From assembly GCA_038747195.1 (NCBI GenBank), contig JBCDKA010000003.1:20726-84725 (forward strand): a DNA stretch of 64,000 nucleotides. The letters run 5' to 3'. Under the pieces are notes generated by a model. It was not told the origin of the DNA, searched no databases, and worked only from the letters and a program-made list of their open reading frames with translations. The number at the start of each line of letters is the position of its first letter. The stretch's first letter is position 1. Origin of the DNA: Pseudomonadota bacterium (GTDB lineage Bacteria; Pseudomonadota; Gammaproteobacteria; Xanthomonadales; SZUA-38). A program made the translations under genes and the position numbers. Shown here one piece after another: positions 55,591-64,000 of the stretch.

Positions 55591-58500
55591 CTACTCGAGG
55601 CCGTCGCGAAAGACCAGGTCGCCGACAACGCTGCGGGTCACCGGCAGTGAGACGTTGCCGTCATCATCAACCGCAAAAGCCGCGACGCTCAGTCTCGGTG
55701 ATTCGAAATCCACCATCGGCAGTTCGCCGCCCCAGCGACCGTTCCCCAGGTTGTTGAGCACCTGGGTGACCTCGCAGCTGCCGTTCATTCCGATCACCGC
55801 CACCACGCGGTCGATGGTGCCCGTAGTCGTGATGCCGCTCACGGTCAGGTTGTACGCGCTGCCTTCCGTCACCACCGACGGTCCCTGGGTCGACTCGATC
55901 AAGGGGTCATCCCCAGCCAGCAGAATCCCGGAGCCAATTCTATAGGCACCCGCCGAAAGGCCGTCGAAGAGCTGGTTGGGAACGTTGTTGCCGTCGGTGT
56001 CGATTTCCGGGTTCTGGCAGTCCGCGGCAAAGCGAATGCCGCTGCGGGCCTGACGGAAGGCGTCGAATACCGTGGCGCCGTTGAGCGTCTGCGACCAGAA
56101 GAACCGGGAAAACGACACGACGCCCTCTAGCGCGTTGGCCGCGACGTCGGTACCCGACGCGCTGGCGATTAGGAATCGGCGGCCGTCCGCTGGACTCAGC
56201 TGGTTCACAAATTCGCCGGCCAGATCGCCGTCGACGATCACCGTGACCCGCCCCGGGTTGGCGGCCTCGGCGATGTCCAGGAACCCGTCCAGCGCTGCTG
56301 CGGTCAGCACGTCACCGCCCGCAAGCTGAAAGCCGCCGCCGCCGCGAGGACCGGTCAGGTAGACCGTCAGATCCTGGGTCTCGGTGGCGCCCCATACCGA
56401 AATGGCGTCTTCCACGTTGCTGAGGGTTGCGGTGGCGTCAAAGCCCGCAACCGCCTCGGGCGTAAGAAACTGCACGGCGTCGCAGATGGCGTTGTCGCAG
56501 GAGACGCCGTCCGGACCGTAACCCTGCTGTTCCAGCGCCGCGTAAGCCAGACGGGTGTTGGCGCTGACCGCCGCAAAGCCGGCGTCCGATTGATCGCCCC
56601 CGGCGATAATCACGGCGCGCCGCTGTAGTGGACTGTTGACGGTCACCGTGCTGATGCTCGGTACCGAGACGTTGCCGAAGCCGTCCTCGGCGTAGATCAC
56701 GACCTGGTAGGTGCCGATTTCGGAAAAGCCCGCAAAGGTCGCCGAGAAGTCGTCCCCGCTCTGCGAGTCCAGATTCACCGTGGGCAGTTCACTCACGGGG
56801 TTGTCGGCTGAGCCAGGCACGTAGCCGGGAGGAATCAACGTTGCCCAGACCCGGGCTACGCCGTCGGAGTCGGTCACGCCGAACGCGGTCAGCACGGTTT
56901 CATTGCCGTTTGCGAGTGTGGTGGGCGGAAAAACGCTGGTGATGATGGGCCGGGAGCCGCTGATGGTGGTGCCGTTGCCGATAAAGCCGCCGCCGATCAG
57001 GTCGAGCACGGCAAAGTCCGCGGTTTCGTTCCCGATGCCGTTGCCGTTGCTGTCCAGGATTGGGTTTTGCGTGGGAAACGCCTGCTCGATCACCTCGGTA
57101 GCCGCCTCATAGGCTGCCTTGAGCGACTGCCCGTTAAAGATTTGCGTCCAGAACTGGTTGGAAAAGGACAGCGCGCCCTGCGAGACAAAGTAGGCGCTCT
57201 GGTCGGCCCGTGCGCTCGCAATCACAATCCGATTCGCGCTGCCGGCGCTGATCTCGTCGACAAAGGAGCCGGACTGGCAGGCATCGTAGATCACGGTGAT
57301 GCGCTGGCCGCCACTGGCCTGCTGCCAGGTGTCCAGCCACTCGTTCAGCTGTGTGCTGGTGACCGTCTCCGTGCCGCTCAGCCGGAACGTGTCGTCGCCG
57401 CCGTGATCCACCAGGTAGATCACAAGCTCGGTGGCGTCCGCGGAAAAGGCCCCGGTGATCGCGGCCTCCAGTTCGCTGCCGATCGCCGGCGCGTCGATGT
57501 CGTCCTCGACGCCGTTCTGGTCCAGGTCGGCATTATCATCGGACAGGTATTGAACGGCATCCTTGTCGAACCCCTGGTTGAGCAGGGTGCGATACCCAAA
57601 GTTGGCGTTGACCCGGGTGGCGTCCCACAGGGCGTTGCCGGGATAGGGGCCACCGCCGGCAACCACAATCGCTTTAGGATTTTCCGTGGTGGTTAAAGCC
57701 CTGAGGTATTTCACTCGGTTGTTGCGGCCGTCCGCTACGACAATCTGATCGTTACCGAGATCGACGGCGGAGGAGTTTGTAATGTCGCGTACCTGCCCGG
57801 GCCCGATACCTCGAGGCAGCGGGGTTTCCTGGGTCAGCTCGCCTTCCAGCGTGTACCGTCGCAGCGCTCGCGAGCTGGTCACCAGCAGATCGCCGAGCTG
57901 CGTATAGGTGATGTCACCACCACTGTCCCCAATGTCGAAGTCTCGCTGCGGCACACCGTTCTCATCATAGAAAACGACCCTGTCGCGCCCCAATGCGATC
58001 AGGTGGACACCGTCGCTGGTCAGCGATCTAATTCTGAACGGAGCATTAGTCTCCGGATTTATTGAGTCCCACTCGCGCAGAAAATCGTACGTGAGGGTGT
58101 CAAAGACCTTGACCGAATCGTCTCCGCCATCTGTCAGATAGAGTTCAAAGCCATCAATCGTGCCTGCGCGCTTGCCGCAGTTCTGGATAAACTCGCCCGG
58201 CTGGCTGCCCATAATAGTGACCAGGGGGACATAAGTGACGCCGTCACCTGAGAAAAACTTGACACCTCGACAATCTGTAACCCCGTAGAAGTTTTCGGTT
58301 AGGCCGGTAAACGGTTCCTGGATTGGACCCAGGTTGACGATTTTGCTGGGCGCGTCCAGCGTATCGAACTGTGCGGTTGTCCGGTCATAAATGCGAACGA
58401 GTCGGCCTTCATCGTCCAGCACAGATACCCGGCTGTTTCGAAATTCGGGCACGTACACAAGGCTGTTGCGGTTATCTACTGCGATATCCAGCGGTTCATC

Positions 58501-59451
58501 AAAGAACCCCTCGGCGGGTGATGCAGCCTGAAAAGTGCTCAACAGCTGGAACGTTGAGCTGTAGCGGTGTACGGCGGAGATTGATCCCAGAAGGTAGGTC
58601 CCGTCAAGCGCTCTGGTGATCGCGGGGAAAAAGTTGCTGCCACTTTCAGGTGGACTGAATCGATCCAGCACGGCGCCGCTTTCCGTAGCCAAGACTGCGA
58701 CGTCCCGGTCGGTGGCAACCAGTAGTTGGCTACCATCACTACTGAACACCAGGTCCTGTGGACGCGGTGTATCGGCAAAGGAACCAAAAGCCCGCAGCAA
58801 GTTGCCCTCCACATCGAACTGAATAATTTGGTTATTGCAGCTGTCAGTTACGTAAACCGTATCGTCTGGCGCGACCAACAGGCCCTCCGGGGGGATGGCA
58901 AAGCCGGCAGTGCACGGGCCGAAGCCTTGAAAGCTCGACTGAAAGTTGAAGTCAGCGTCATAGACTTTGACGCTGTTGGCACTGCCGTCAGGTACCGAGA
59001 AATCGACGTCCAGCAGCACAAAGCTGCCGTCACTCAGGAAATCCAGGGCATTCGCTAACGCGATTTCGCCTGGCTCTCCGATGGCGCCGCCAACGAGTAG
59101 CTCCGTCGACTCAAAATTCTGGTCCATGCGGACCACGCCGCGAAACGTCGGTATGTAGAGCATGCCGTCTCTGGCCACAAGGTCTTGCGCATTGTTGGCG
59201 CCGAACGGCGAGCCGAGCGTGATGACTCGCCCGGTGCGGCTGAGCGCAAAGGCGTTGCCTTCGCTTACCGCAAAGACCGTGTCGCCAACCGCAGCAATAC
59301 CGTCAACCCCGTCGGAGAAGTACCAGGGCTGCTGAAGTGCCGGCACGAAGCGCTCAAAGCGCAGGGATTGGGAGTGGGCGCTGCTCCAAACCAGCGGCAG
59401 AAACGCCATTACGAACCCGGCCGTGCGGGCTGTCCAAGAGCGAGAAATCAT
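55591..59451 (-). CDS. Large secreted protein: NHL-repeat beta-propeller region + two C13 (legumain-like, clan CD) peptidase-like domains, each followed by an Ig-like domain
   Basis: Signal peptide MISRSWTARTAGFVMAFLPLVWSSAHSQ. NHL-type repeats (VTDSCNNQIIQFDVEGNLL, YVPEFRNSRVSVLDDEGRLV, VADGRNNRVKYL). Domain 1 has LVIYLVDHGGDD and ITVIYDACQSGSF. Domain 2 has the degenerate equivalents. Confidence 0.75.
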   Translation of the reverse strand: MISRSWTARTAGFVMAFLPLVWSSAHSQSLRFERFVPALQQPWYFSDGVDGIAAVGDTVFAVSEGNAFALSRTGRVITLGSPFGANNAQDLVARDGMLYIPTFRGVVRMDQNFESTELLVGGAIGEPGEIALANALDFLSDGSFVLLDVDFSVPDGSANSVKVYDADFNFQSSFQGFGPCTAGFAIPPEGLLVAPDDTVYVTDSCNNQIIQFDVEGNLLRAFGSFADTPRPQDLVFSSDGSQLLVATDRDVAVLATESGAVLDRFSPPESGSNFFPAITRALDGTYLLGSISAVHRYSSTFQLLSTFQAASPAEGFFDEPLDIAVDNRNSLVYVPEFRNSRVSVLDDEGRLVRIYDRTTAQFDTLDAPSKIVNLGPIQEPFTGLTENFYGVTDCRGVKFFSGDGVTYVPLVTIMGSQPGEFIQNCGKRAGTIDGFELYLTDGGDDSVKVFDTLTYDFLREWDSINPETNAPFRIRSLTSDGVHLIALGRDRVVFYDENGVPQRDFDIGDSGGDITYTQLGDLLVTSSRALRRYTLEGELTQETPLPRGIGPGQVRDITNSSAVDLGNDQIVVADGRNNRVKYLRALTTTENPKAIVVAGGGPYPGNALWDATRVNANFGYRTLLNQGFDKDAVQYLSDDNADLDQNGVEDDIDAPAIGSELEAAITGAFSADATELVIYLVDHGGDDTFRLSGTETVTSTQLNEWLDTWQQASGGQRITVIYDACQSGSFVDEISAGSANRIVIASARADQSAYFVSQGALSFSNQFWTQIFNGQSLKAAYEAATEVIEQAFPTQNPILDSNGNGIGNETADFAVLDLIGGGFIGNGTTISGSRPIITSVFPPTTLANGNETVLTAFGVTDSDGVARVWATLIPPGYVPGSADNPVSELPTVNLDSQSGDDFSATFAGFSEIGTYQVVIYAEDGFGNVSVPSISTVTVNSPLQRRAVIIAGGDQSDAGFAAVSANTRLAYAALEQQGYGPDGVSCDNAICDAVQFLTPEAVAGFDATATLSNVEDAISVWGATETQDLTVYLTGPRGGGGFQLAGGDVLTAAALDGFLDIAEAANPGRVTVIVDGDLAGEFVNQLSPADGRRFLIASASGTDVAANALEGVVSFSRFFWSQTLNGATVFDAFRQARSGIRFAADCQNPEIDTDGNNVPNQLFDGLSAGAYRIGSGILLAGDDPLIESTQGPSVVTEGSAYNLTVSGITTTGTIDRVVAVIGMNGSCEVTQVLNNLGNGRWGGELPMVDFESPRLSVAAFAVDDDGNVSLPVTRSVVGDLVFRDGLE

Positions 59452-59513
59452 AGGGTTAGCCTAACGGCATCCTGCAGAAAAGCCACCCGTTGTGGCGGTG
59501 GAGGGACTGTACG

Positions 59514-60185
59514 TCAGCGCGAAGCGTTACATCCCGTCATTGCGTCTTTGTTCGTGTCATCAGCTGTGGCCATCCGGCGGTTCGTGATGTCAGACGGCGG
59601 AAAGACAGGGCGGCCGTCCTCGCGGTAAATGCCCTCCGCGATCGCCAGATCGCAGGGCGTCAGGCGATAGGTCATCTCCGGGCTGACTCGGCCGCCGAAA
59701 GCGGGGCTGTCGTAGCTACACACGCTGCGGTCTACGCGTGCGACGAAGTCGCCGTCGTCGTCGTGCCACTGAAACCTGCAGCCGTCGGGAAATCTGAGGA
59801 GCTTCTCCTCCGTGACCTGGGTGAGCTGCAGCGCCATGTCCCAGTTGCTGTCCAGCGTGACGCCGCTCTCTAGCAGCACCGTGGACCGCATGATCAGGTC
59901 GGTGCCTTCGAAGGCATAAAACTTACGCTGCGCTGCGGGGCCGCCGAACGACTCCGTGCTGATGTGGTGATAGAAAATCTGGCCGCCCAAGGTGGGCACC
60001 CGCAGCGGCACGATCCGATGATAGACAGGGCCCCGACTTCCCTCGCCGAGGTAATCGCCCGGGAGGAGTGCCTGAATCGCTGCCAGCGAGTCAGCTTGAT
60101 CGTTCGCCTGGCTGAAAGACCAGCAGCAGGTAGCAAGGACCGCGGCGAAGATGCCCACCCTTCGATGACGTTCGACGGCGTTCAT
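59514..60185 (-). CDS. Secreted CpcT/CpeT-like (DUF1001, lipocalin-like beta-barrel) protein
   Basis: Signal peptide (IFAAVLATCCWSFSQA). LLRFPDGCRFQWHDDDGDFVARVDRSVCSYDSPAFGGRVSPEMTYRLTP parallels the CpcT pattern L..LPGC......G..F.G.V....C....G....L.SE. Assignment made by eye. Confidence 0.5.
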   Translation of the reverse strand: MNAVERHRRVGIFAAVLATCCWSFSQANDQADSLAAIQALLPGDYLGEGSRGPVYHRIVPLRVPTLGGQIFYHHISTESFGGPAAQRKFYAFEGTDLIMRSTVLLESGVTLDSNWDMALQLTQVTEEKLLRFPDGCRFQWHDDDGDFVARVDRSVCSYDSPAFGGRVSPEMTYRLTPCDLAIAEGIYREDGRPVFPPSDITNRRMATADDTNKDAMTGCNASR

Positions 60186-61150
60186 GCGGCTGCCTCGGCA
60201 ACCCGCTTGGCCAGCGGCTTAGGTAGGGCTTCGGAGAATCTCGTCATGTCCACTTCAAGCAGCTCTGGATGAACCGTGCTGGCTTTTTGGAAAAACTCCG
60301 CCGGCAGCTGGTCGACGGACTGAAGCTTGCGACCGTTCCAGGTGGCGAACATATGGCCGGGCCGGTCGCCCATATCCATCCATTCGGGCCAGGGGAAAAC
60401 ATAGCCGCCGGAGGTGCCGGTCGGGAGATCCAGAATACTGTCGTCCTGAAAGAGCGAAAGCGGCGACCAGTTGGCCGACGTTTCGATAAACGTGGCGGGC
60501 CAGGAAGCCGGCGGCTGGCGCACCTGCTCGATCTTCATCAGGTCTCCCTCGATCAAAAACTGCTCGTGACGAATCCGCGGCGGCGCTTCCGGGCTGTCGA
60601 GGGGGATCACGCCGTCCGGTGTGTAGAGATAGCCTGGATCGCCGGTCAGGGTGATTGCGGGAACCGCAACCGTTTCCCCGGTGATCGGATTGACCGCGCT
60701 GTCGGTCCAGCGTCCTGTTTTAATGTCGCGGGGAAAAGACAGGTTGTGACCGCCGATGCGGTACATACCCGGCCCAAGGTTTTGATGATGGGAAAGCTCA
60801 ATACCCTCCCAGCGCACCACCGCTTCGGGACGACGCCCGTCCTGCACGGCGTACATTTGAAAGTGGTACCAGAACAGAACGTCCGCGTTTTTACGCATAT
60901 TGCGCAGGACCCGGAAGCTCTGTCGCTGATGTTCCAGCGGATTTTCGTAATTCACGAATTCGGATCGAATGCGGCCACCGGGAAAGGCAGGCAGCGCCGC
61001 CGGGCTCGCGAGCGCTATTGTGCCGGGTACGGCCGCCGCGCTCGCTGCCAGGGTTGCGGTCATAAATCTCCGCCGTTGGCTCCGAGTGGAACTTGGCCGC
61101 TTTACATTTGAGTGCAGGCTTCTCAAGGCGCGCGTCAAAAAATAGCTCAT
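60182..61150 (-). CDS. TAT-signal protein, uncharacterised family (possibly DUF1838), paralogue A
   Basis: ATG 61150 chosen so that the twin-arginine motif SQRRRFMTATLAASAAA lies in the N-terminal signal region. Shares WYH, GRRPE, EGIE, HNLS(F/Y)PRD(I/L)KT, NPIT and PP.WPAT.IE.S blocks with the protein at 61388..62260. Confidence 0.7.
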   Translation of the reverse strand: MSYFLTRALRSLHSNVKRPSSTRSQRRRFMTATLAASAAAVPGTIALASPAALPAFPGGRIRSEFVNYENPLEHQRQSFRVLRNMRKNADVLFWYHFQMYAVQDGRRPEAVVRWEGIELSHHQNLGPGMYRIGGHNLSFPRDIKTGRWTDSAVNPITGETVAVPAITLTGDPGYLYTPDGVIPLDSPEAPPRIRHEQFLIEGDLMKIEQVRQPPASWPATFIETSANWSPLSLFQDDSILDLPTGTSGGYVFPWPEWMDMGDRPGHMFATWNGRKLQSVDQLPAEFFQKASTVHPELLEVDMTRFSEALPKPLAKRVAEAAA

Positions 61151-61387
61151 CGATTGAATCCTGGCAGGTTTGGCTTCACCACATACGCCCTGGCGCCCGA
61201 ATCCGGTTCCAGAGTCAGCGCCATTATGGCCCAGTACCCGCGTCAATTTGCGTCGTCTTCTCACATTGGCCATGCAAATGATGAGGGTTGTCAGAACAAA
61301 CGCGCATGGTTATCCGCAGCCTTCTGCCTTGCGTCCGCAGACAAAATGCCGGAGCCTGGGGGTGGCGCAACTTATGGGGTCTTGACC

Positions 61388-62260
61388 ATGATCAGCAGAC
61401 GCAGTTTTGTTTCCGCCGCCGGCGCCGCCGGAGGTGTTCTTGGCGGCAGCACCCTAAGCGCGGAATCCGGGATGTCCGTTGCGCCGGCGGTGAGCCCGGT
61501 CGTGTCGGAGTTTCTGGATTTCGATGACCCGGTTGAGGAGTTTCGCGCGCACATGCGCATGGAGCGCGACCTCGTGGAAGAGCAGGGCACGACCCTGACC
61601 TGGTACCACTGGATTGTTTTTATGATCCCTGGGGGACGGCGACCGGAACCGCTGCTGCGCTACGAGGGAATCGAGTACAGCTATTTCCGGCATCTCGGCA
61701 ATAACAACTACCGAATTCACGCCCATAACCTGTCTTACCCGCGCGATCTCAAAACCAACAAGTTTACCGACAGTGTCATTAACCCGATAACGGAAAAGCG
61801 GGTTGAGGTTCCGGTATCGCTGCTGTTGAACGATCCCGGCACGATCGGCAGCCCAGCGGGCTTTCGTAACATGAATGGCGGCGGGTATACCCAGGACGTT
61901 TTTCGCCAGTTCCGCATTGAGAACGATCTCATCAAGCTGGACAGCGTTCGCAGTGCGCCGCCGGACTGGCCGGCTACCCACATTGAAAACTCGTGTCAGT
62001 GGGTCGAGTTCGACCTGTTTGCCAACCAGAGCATCACTTCTCTACCCGTGCATTTTTGCGGACATTACGCTTACGAGTATCCCAAGTGGCTTGGAATGCC
62101 GGAGGGTAAGGGCCACCTTTCGGGATTCTGGGATGGCAAAAAAGTGAACTCACCCGCCGAGCTGCCCCGGGAGATGCTCAATCGCATGGAGCGAGAGTAT
62201 CCCGAGCTGCTGAAGCCGCGCTGGGACGAGTTTGATCGGCCAATTCCGTTCGAGGTCTAG
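61388..62260 (+). CDS. TAT-signal protein, uncharacterised family (possibly DUF1838), paralogue B
   Basis: MISRRSFVSAAGAAGGVLGG twin-arginine signal. Colinear with paralogue A (my estimate is roughly 40 percent identity, by eye). Confidence 0.7.
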   Translation: MISRRSFVSAAGAAGGVLGGSTLSAESGMSVAPAVSPVVSEFLDFDDPVEEFRAHMRMERDLVEEQGTTLTWYHWIVFMIPGGRRPEPLLRYEGIEYSYFRHLGNNNYRIHAHNLSYPRDLKTNKFTDSVINPITEKRVEVPVSLLLNDPGTIGSPAGFRNMNGGGYTQDVFRQFRIENDLIKLDSVRSAPPDWPATHIENSCQWVEFDLFANQSITSLPVHFCGHYAYEYPKWLGMPEGKGHLSGFWDGKKVNSPAELPREMLNRMEREYPELLKPRWDEFDRPIPFEV

Positions 62261-62319
62261 CTGGGTCTGACGCGCCGCTCAACCGGCTGAAAGCTTAGGC
62301 GTCCAGCAGCGCGGCGGGG

Positions 62320-63510
62320 TCACGGTGCGTTGAGGCCGGCAAGAATCAGATTCGGAAGGGTGGAGGTTTGCCACTCCGGGTGATAATAGCCCAGCCGCAG
62401 AATCACTAGCTCTTCCTCCGGCAGCACGATCATCGTTCGATAACCTCCACCCTCCAGGAAAAAGAAACGCTCGCTTTCGACCGGCGGGCCGTGTGGTGCG
62501 CCCATCTCCTTGCCCTGGATGTAGGGCCGGCGATCTGAGTTCGGCGGGTTCCCGACCCACAGCTGGAGTCCATAGTTGGGATAGATCGCCGATGGGGTGG
62601 CCATTTGCTGAGTCCATCCCTCCGGCCAGATTCGCTGACCATCCACCATCCCGTCGGCGGCGAGCGCCGCCCCGTAGCGAAGCCAGTCACGGGGCGTTGC
62701 GCGAAAGCAGCAGTAGACCGCGGGCATACCGCGCGGTCGGTCCATGTAGAGCTCCGCCGGGCCGGCGCCAAGGAGGCTCCACAGCCGATCGTTCAAATAG
62801 TCTTCATAGGGAACACCAGTGGCCGACTCCAGGACGGCCCCAATCAGCTGCGCGTTGGCATTCGATAGCCCGAAAAACGTGCCCGGCGTGTTCTCCAGGT
62901 CAAAGTTGAGCGCCGCCTTGCGGAAGTCAGAGCTCAGCGACACCTGCGCATTCTTGGCCATCGGATCGGGATCTCCGGCCAGCGGGGGGTTCTCCAGACC
63001 GCTGATGTTCTGCAGCAGCTGCCGAAGCGTGATCTTGCCTCTTGCGTCGTTGCGCCATTCGTCAAGGTAGCGTCCGACGGGGTCGTCCAGCGACCCGATA
63101 TGGCCGTCGCTCATCGCCACAGCGACCAGCGGTGGTAAGAGTGACCGGGTCATTGCGCGCCCGGTGAACAGCGAGTTGGGCCCGATGTCCTGCCAGTAGC
63201 GCTCCAGCTGAATTTTGCCCCGGTGGAGGACCAGCAGCGCAGCTGAGTTGTGGGCTTCAGCCCAGGCGGCGGCAGACTCCAGGATATCGGCTGGAACGCT
63301 GCGCTCGGCGTCGCTGGCTATGGGAAAAAACGCCTGCTCGTTGCCCGGCAGCTGGTGCTTGGGTTGGTAGAAACTGGCTGGCCACTCGCCCGGGTCTTCG
63401 GGCAAGTTGTGCCACCGGTACCAGAATCGCCAGTCAACGGTTGCTGCCCCAACAGCCAGCACAACCAATACCAGCGCTGCCATTGCGCCAACGACGCGGC
63501 GTTTTGCCAT
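62320..63510 (-). CDS. Beta-lactamase-fold (serine hydrolase family) protein with N-terminal membrane anchor and apparently substituted catalytic motifs
   Basis: Family pattern ...LF.G.A....L..L.V....G.I.SLDDPVGRYL..W and later NAQLIGAVLE. At the expected SxxK position I read AMTR. At the expected YxN position I read LSN. Confidence 0.7.
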   Translation of the reverse strand: MAKRRVVGAMAALVLVVLAVGAATVDWRFWYRWHNLPEDPGEWPASFYQPKHQLPGNEQAFFPIASDAERSVPADILESAAAWAEAHNSAALLVLHRGKIQLERYWQDIGPNSLFTGRAMTRSLLPPLVAVAMSDGHIGSLDDPVGRYLDEWRNDARGKITLRQLLQNISGLENPPLAGDPDPMAKNAQVSLSSDFRKAALNFDLENTPGTFFGLSNANAQLIGAVLESATGVPYEDYLNDRLWSLLGAGPAELYMDRPRGMPAVYCCFRATPRDWLRYGAALAADGMVDGQRIWPEGWTQQMATPSAIYPNYGLQLWVGNPPNSDRRPYIQGKEMGAPHGPPVESERFFFLEGGGYRTMIVLPEEELVILRLGYYHPEWQTSTLPNLILAGLNAP

Positions 63511-63613
63511 GGGCCTCCCCGAGGACTATCGATAGGAAAAGTATTGCACACGGCCCGACGCCCAGCCTATCGGGATTAGGCAGCCGCCCATGCGTTAGGG
63601 GTATTGGCGCGGT

Positions 63614-64000
63614 TTACGGTTCTGGTGTTTCGTGAGCCCGCAGGCTGGCTTCGACAAAGGTCCGCAGCTCGCGATTGAAGCGCTCTGGCTGCTCGAAGAA
63701 GACGGAGTGCCCCGCGCCCTCGAAGACCGACAGGCTGATGTTCTTGTGGCCTTTGGCCAGCGCCGCGCCGTCTTCCAGCTGGAGCGGGTTGTCTTCCGAA
63801 CCCAGCGACAGCAACACCGGCATGTCTAGGCCGTCCAGCAGATCCTCGTTGTTAAACGGGCGCTGCATCATGGGGGTTCTTGCGTAGGCTGGCAGCATCT
63901 GGGAAATGGCGTCAAACAGACGTTTTTCGTCGTCTGCCATGGGCGTGGCGGTCAGCCATCGGCTCATACCCTCACTCGCCCTGATCTTGTCCGCCAGGTT
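63614..64000 (-). CDS. Alpha/beta hydrolase fold protein, C-terminal part (gene continues past the window end)
   Basis: MPVLLSLGSEDNP and EGAGHSVFFEQPERFNRELRTFV are the typical C-terminal Asp/His region of alpha/beta hydrolases. The reading frame stays open to position 64000. Confidence 0.6.
   Translation of the reverse strand, partial: NLADKIRASEGMSRWLTATPMADDEKRLFDAISQMLPAYARTPMMQRPFNNEDLLDGLDMPVLLSLGSEDNPLQLEDGAALAKGHKNISLSVFEGAGHSVFFEQPERFNRELRTFVEASLRAHETPEP

Noticed and set aside
63526-63535. 10-bp perfect palindrome CTATCGATAG upstream of the beta-lactamase-fold gene
   Set aside because: It is short, contains a ClaI-type site, and is expected by chance at this length. There is no second copy or flanking structure.
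1-64000. Search for mobile elements, CRISPR arrays, tRNA/rRNA genes, toxin-antitoxin pairs or recognisable defence systems (nuclease/helicase/ATPase operons)
   Set aside because: I saw no transposase, integrase or Cas-like ORFs, no regularly spaced direct repeats, no tRNA-like cloverleaf candidates in the intergenic regions inspected, and no marked GC-content island. This is absence by eye only; tRNAscan, Infernal and defence-finder tools should confirm it.

Overview
High-GC (about 60%) chromosomal segment, densely coding, most consistent with a marine gammaproteobacterium (taxonomy is inference only). I found no rRNA, tRNA, CRISPR array, transposase, integrase or phage genes. Left to right: a Wza/Wzc polysaccharide-export pair and LPS-core genes (GT9 heptosyltransferase, Kdo kinase); a compact cluster of DUF547, a TVP38::FAD-disulfide-reductase fusion, two glycosyltransferase-like genes (TIGR04283/TIGR04282 type) and an ATP-grasp gene; a tandem-Usp gene. 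Next comes a FixL (heme-PAS)/FixJ pair abutting a complete cbb3 oxidase supercluster on the minus strand (ccoNOQP, small membrane ORF, ccoG, minimal ccoH-like, ccoI, ccoS, His-tailed TauE-like protein). The rest is a mixed housekeeping/accessory stretch: TetR, ArsR-SRPBCC, S9 peptidases, Prx5 peroxiredoxin, GNAT, BCD/PucC-like MFS, TonB-dependent receptor, a TAT-exported vanadium-haloperoxidase/PAP2-like protein, DDAH, oligopeptidase B, hybrid kinase, AtoE, a LysR unit, and a GAF-kinase/REC/FixJ-paralogue trio. The best candidate for an undescribed system is an export-signal-rich block at 54.5-62.3 kb. It holds two divergent TAT-signal paralogues, a secreted CpcT/CpeT-like protein, a 1286-aa NHL-propeller protein with one intact and one degenerate C13 (legumain-like) domain, and a BciA/DVR-like reductase. 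All family assignments come from motif recognition by eye and need HMM or BLAST confirmation.
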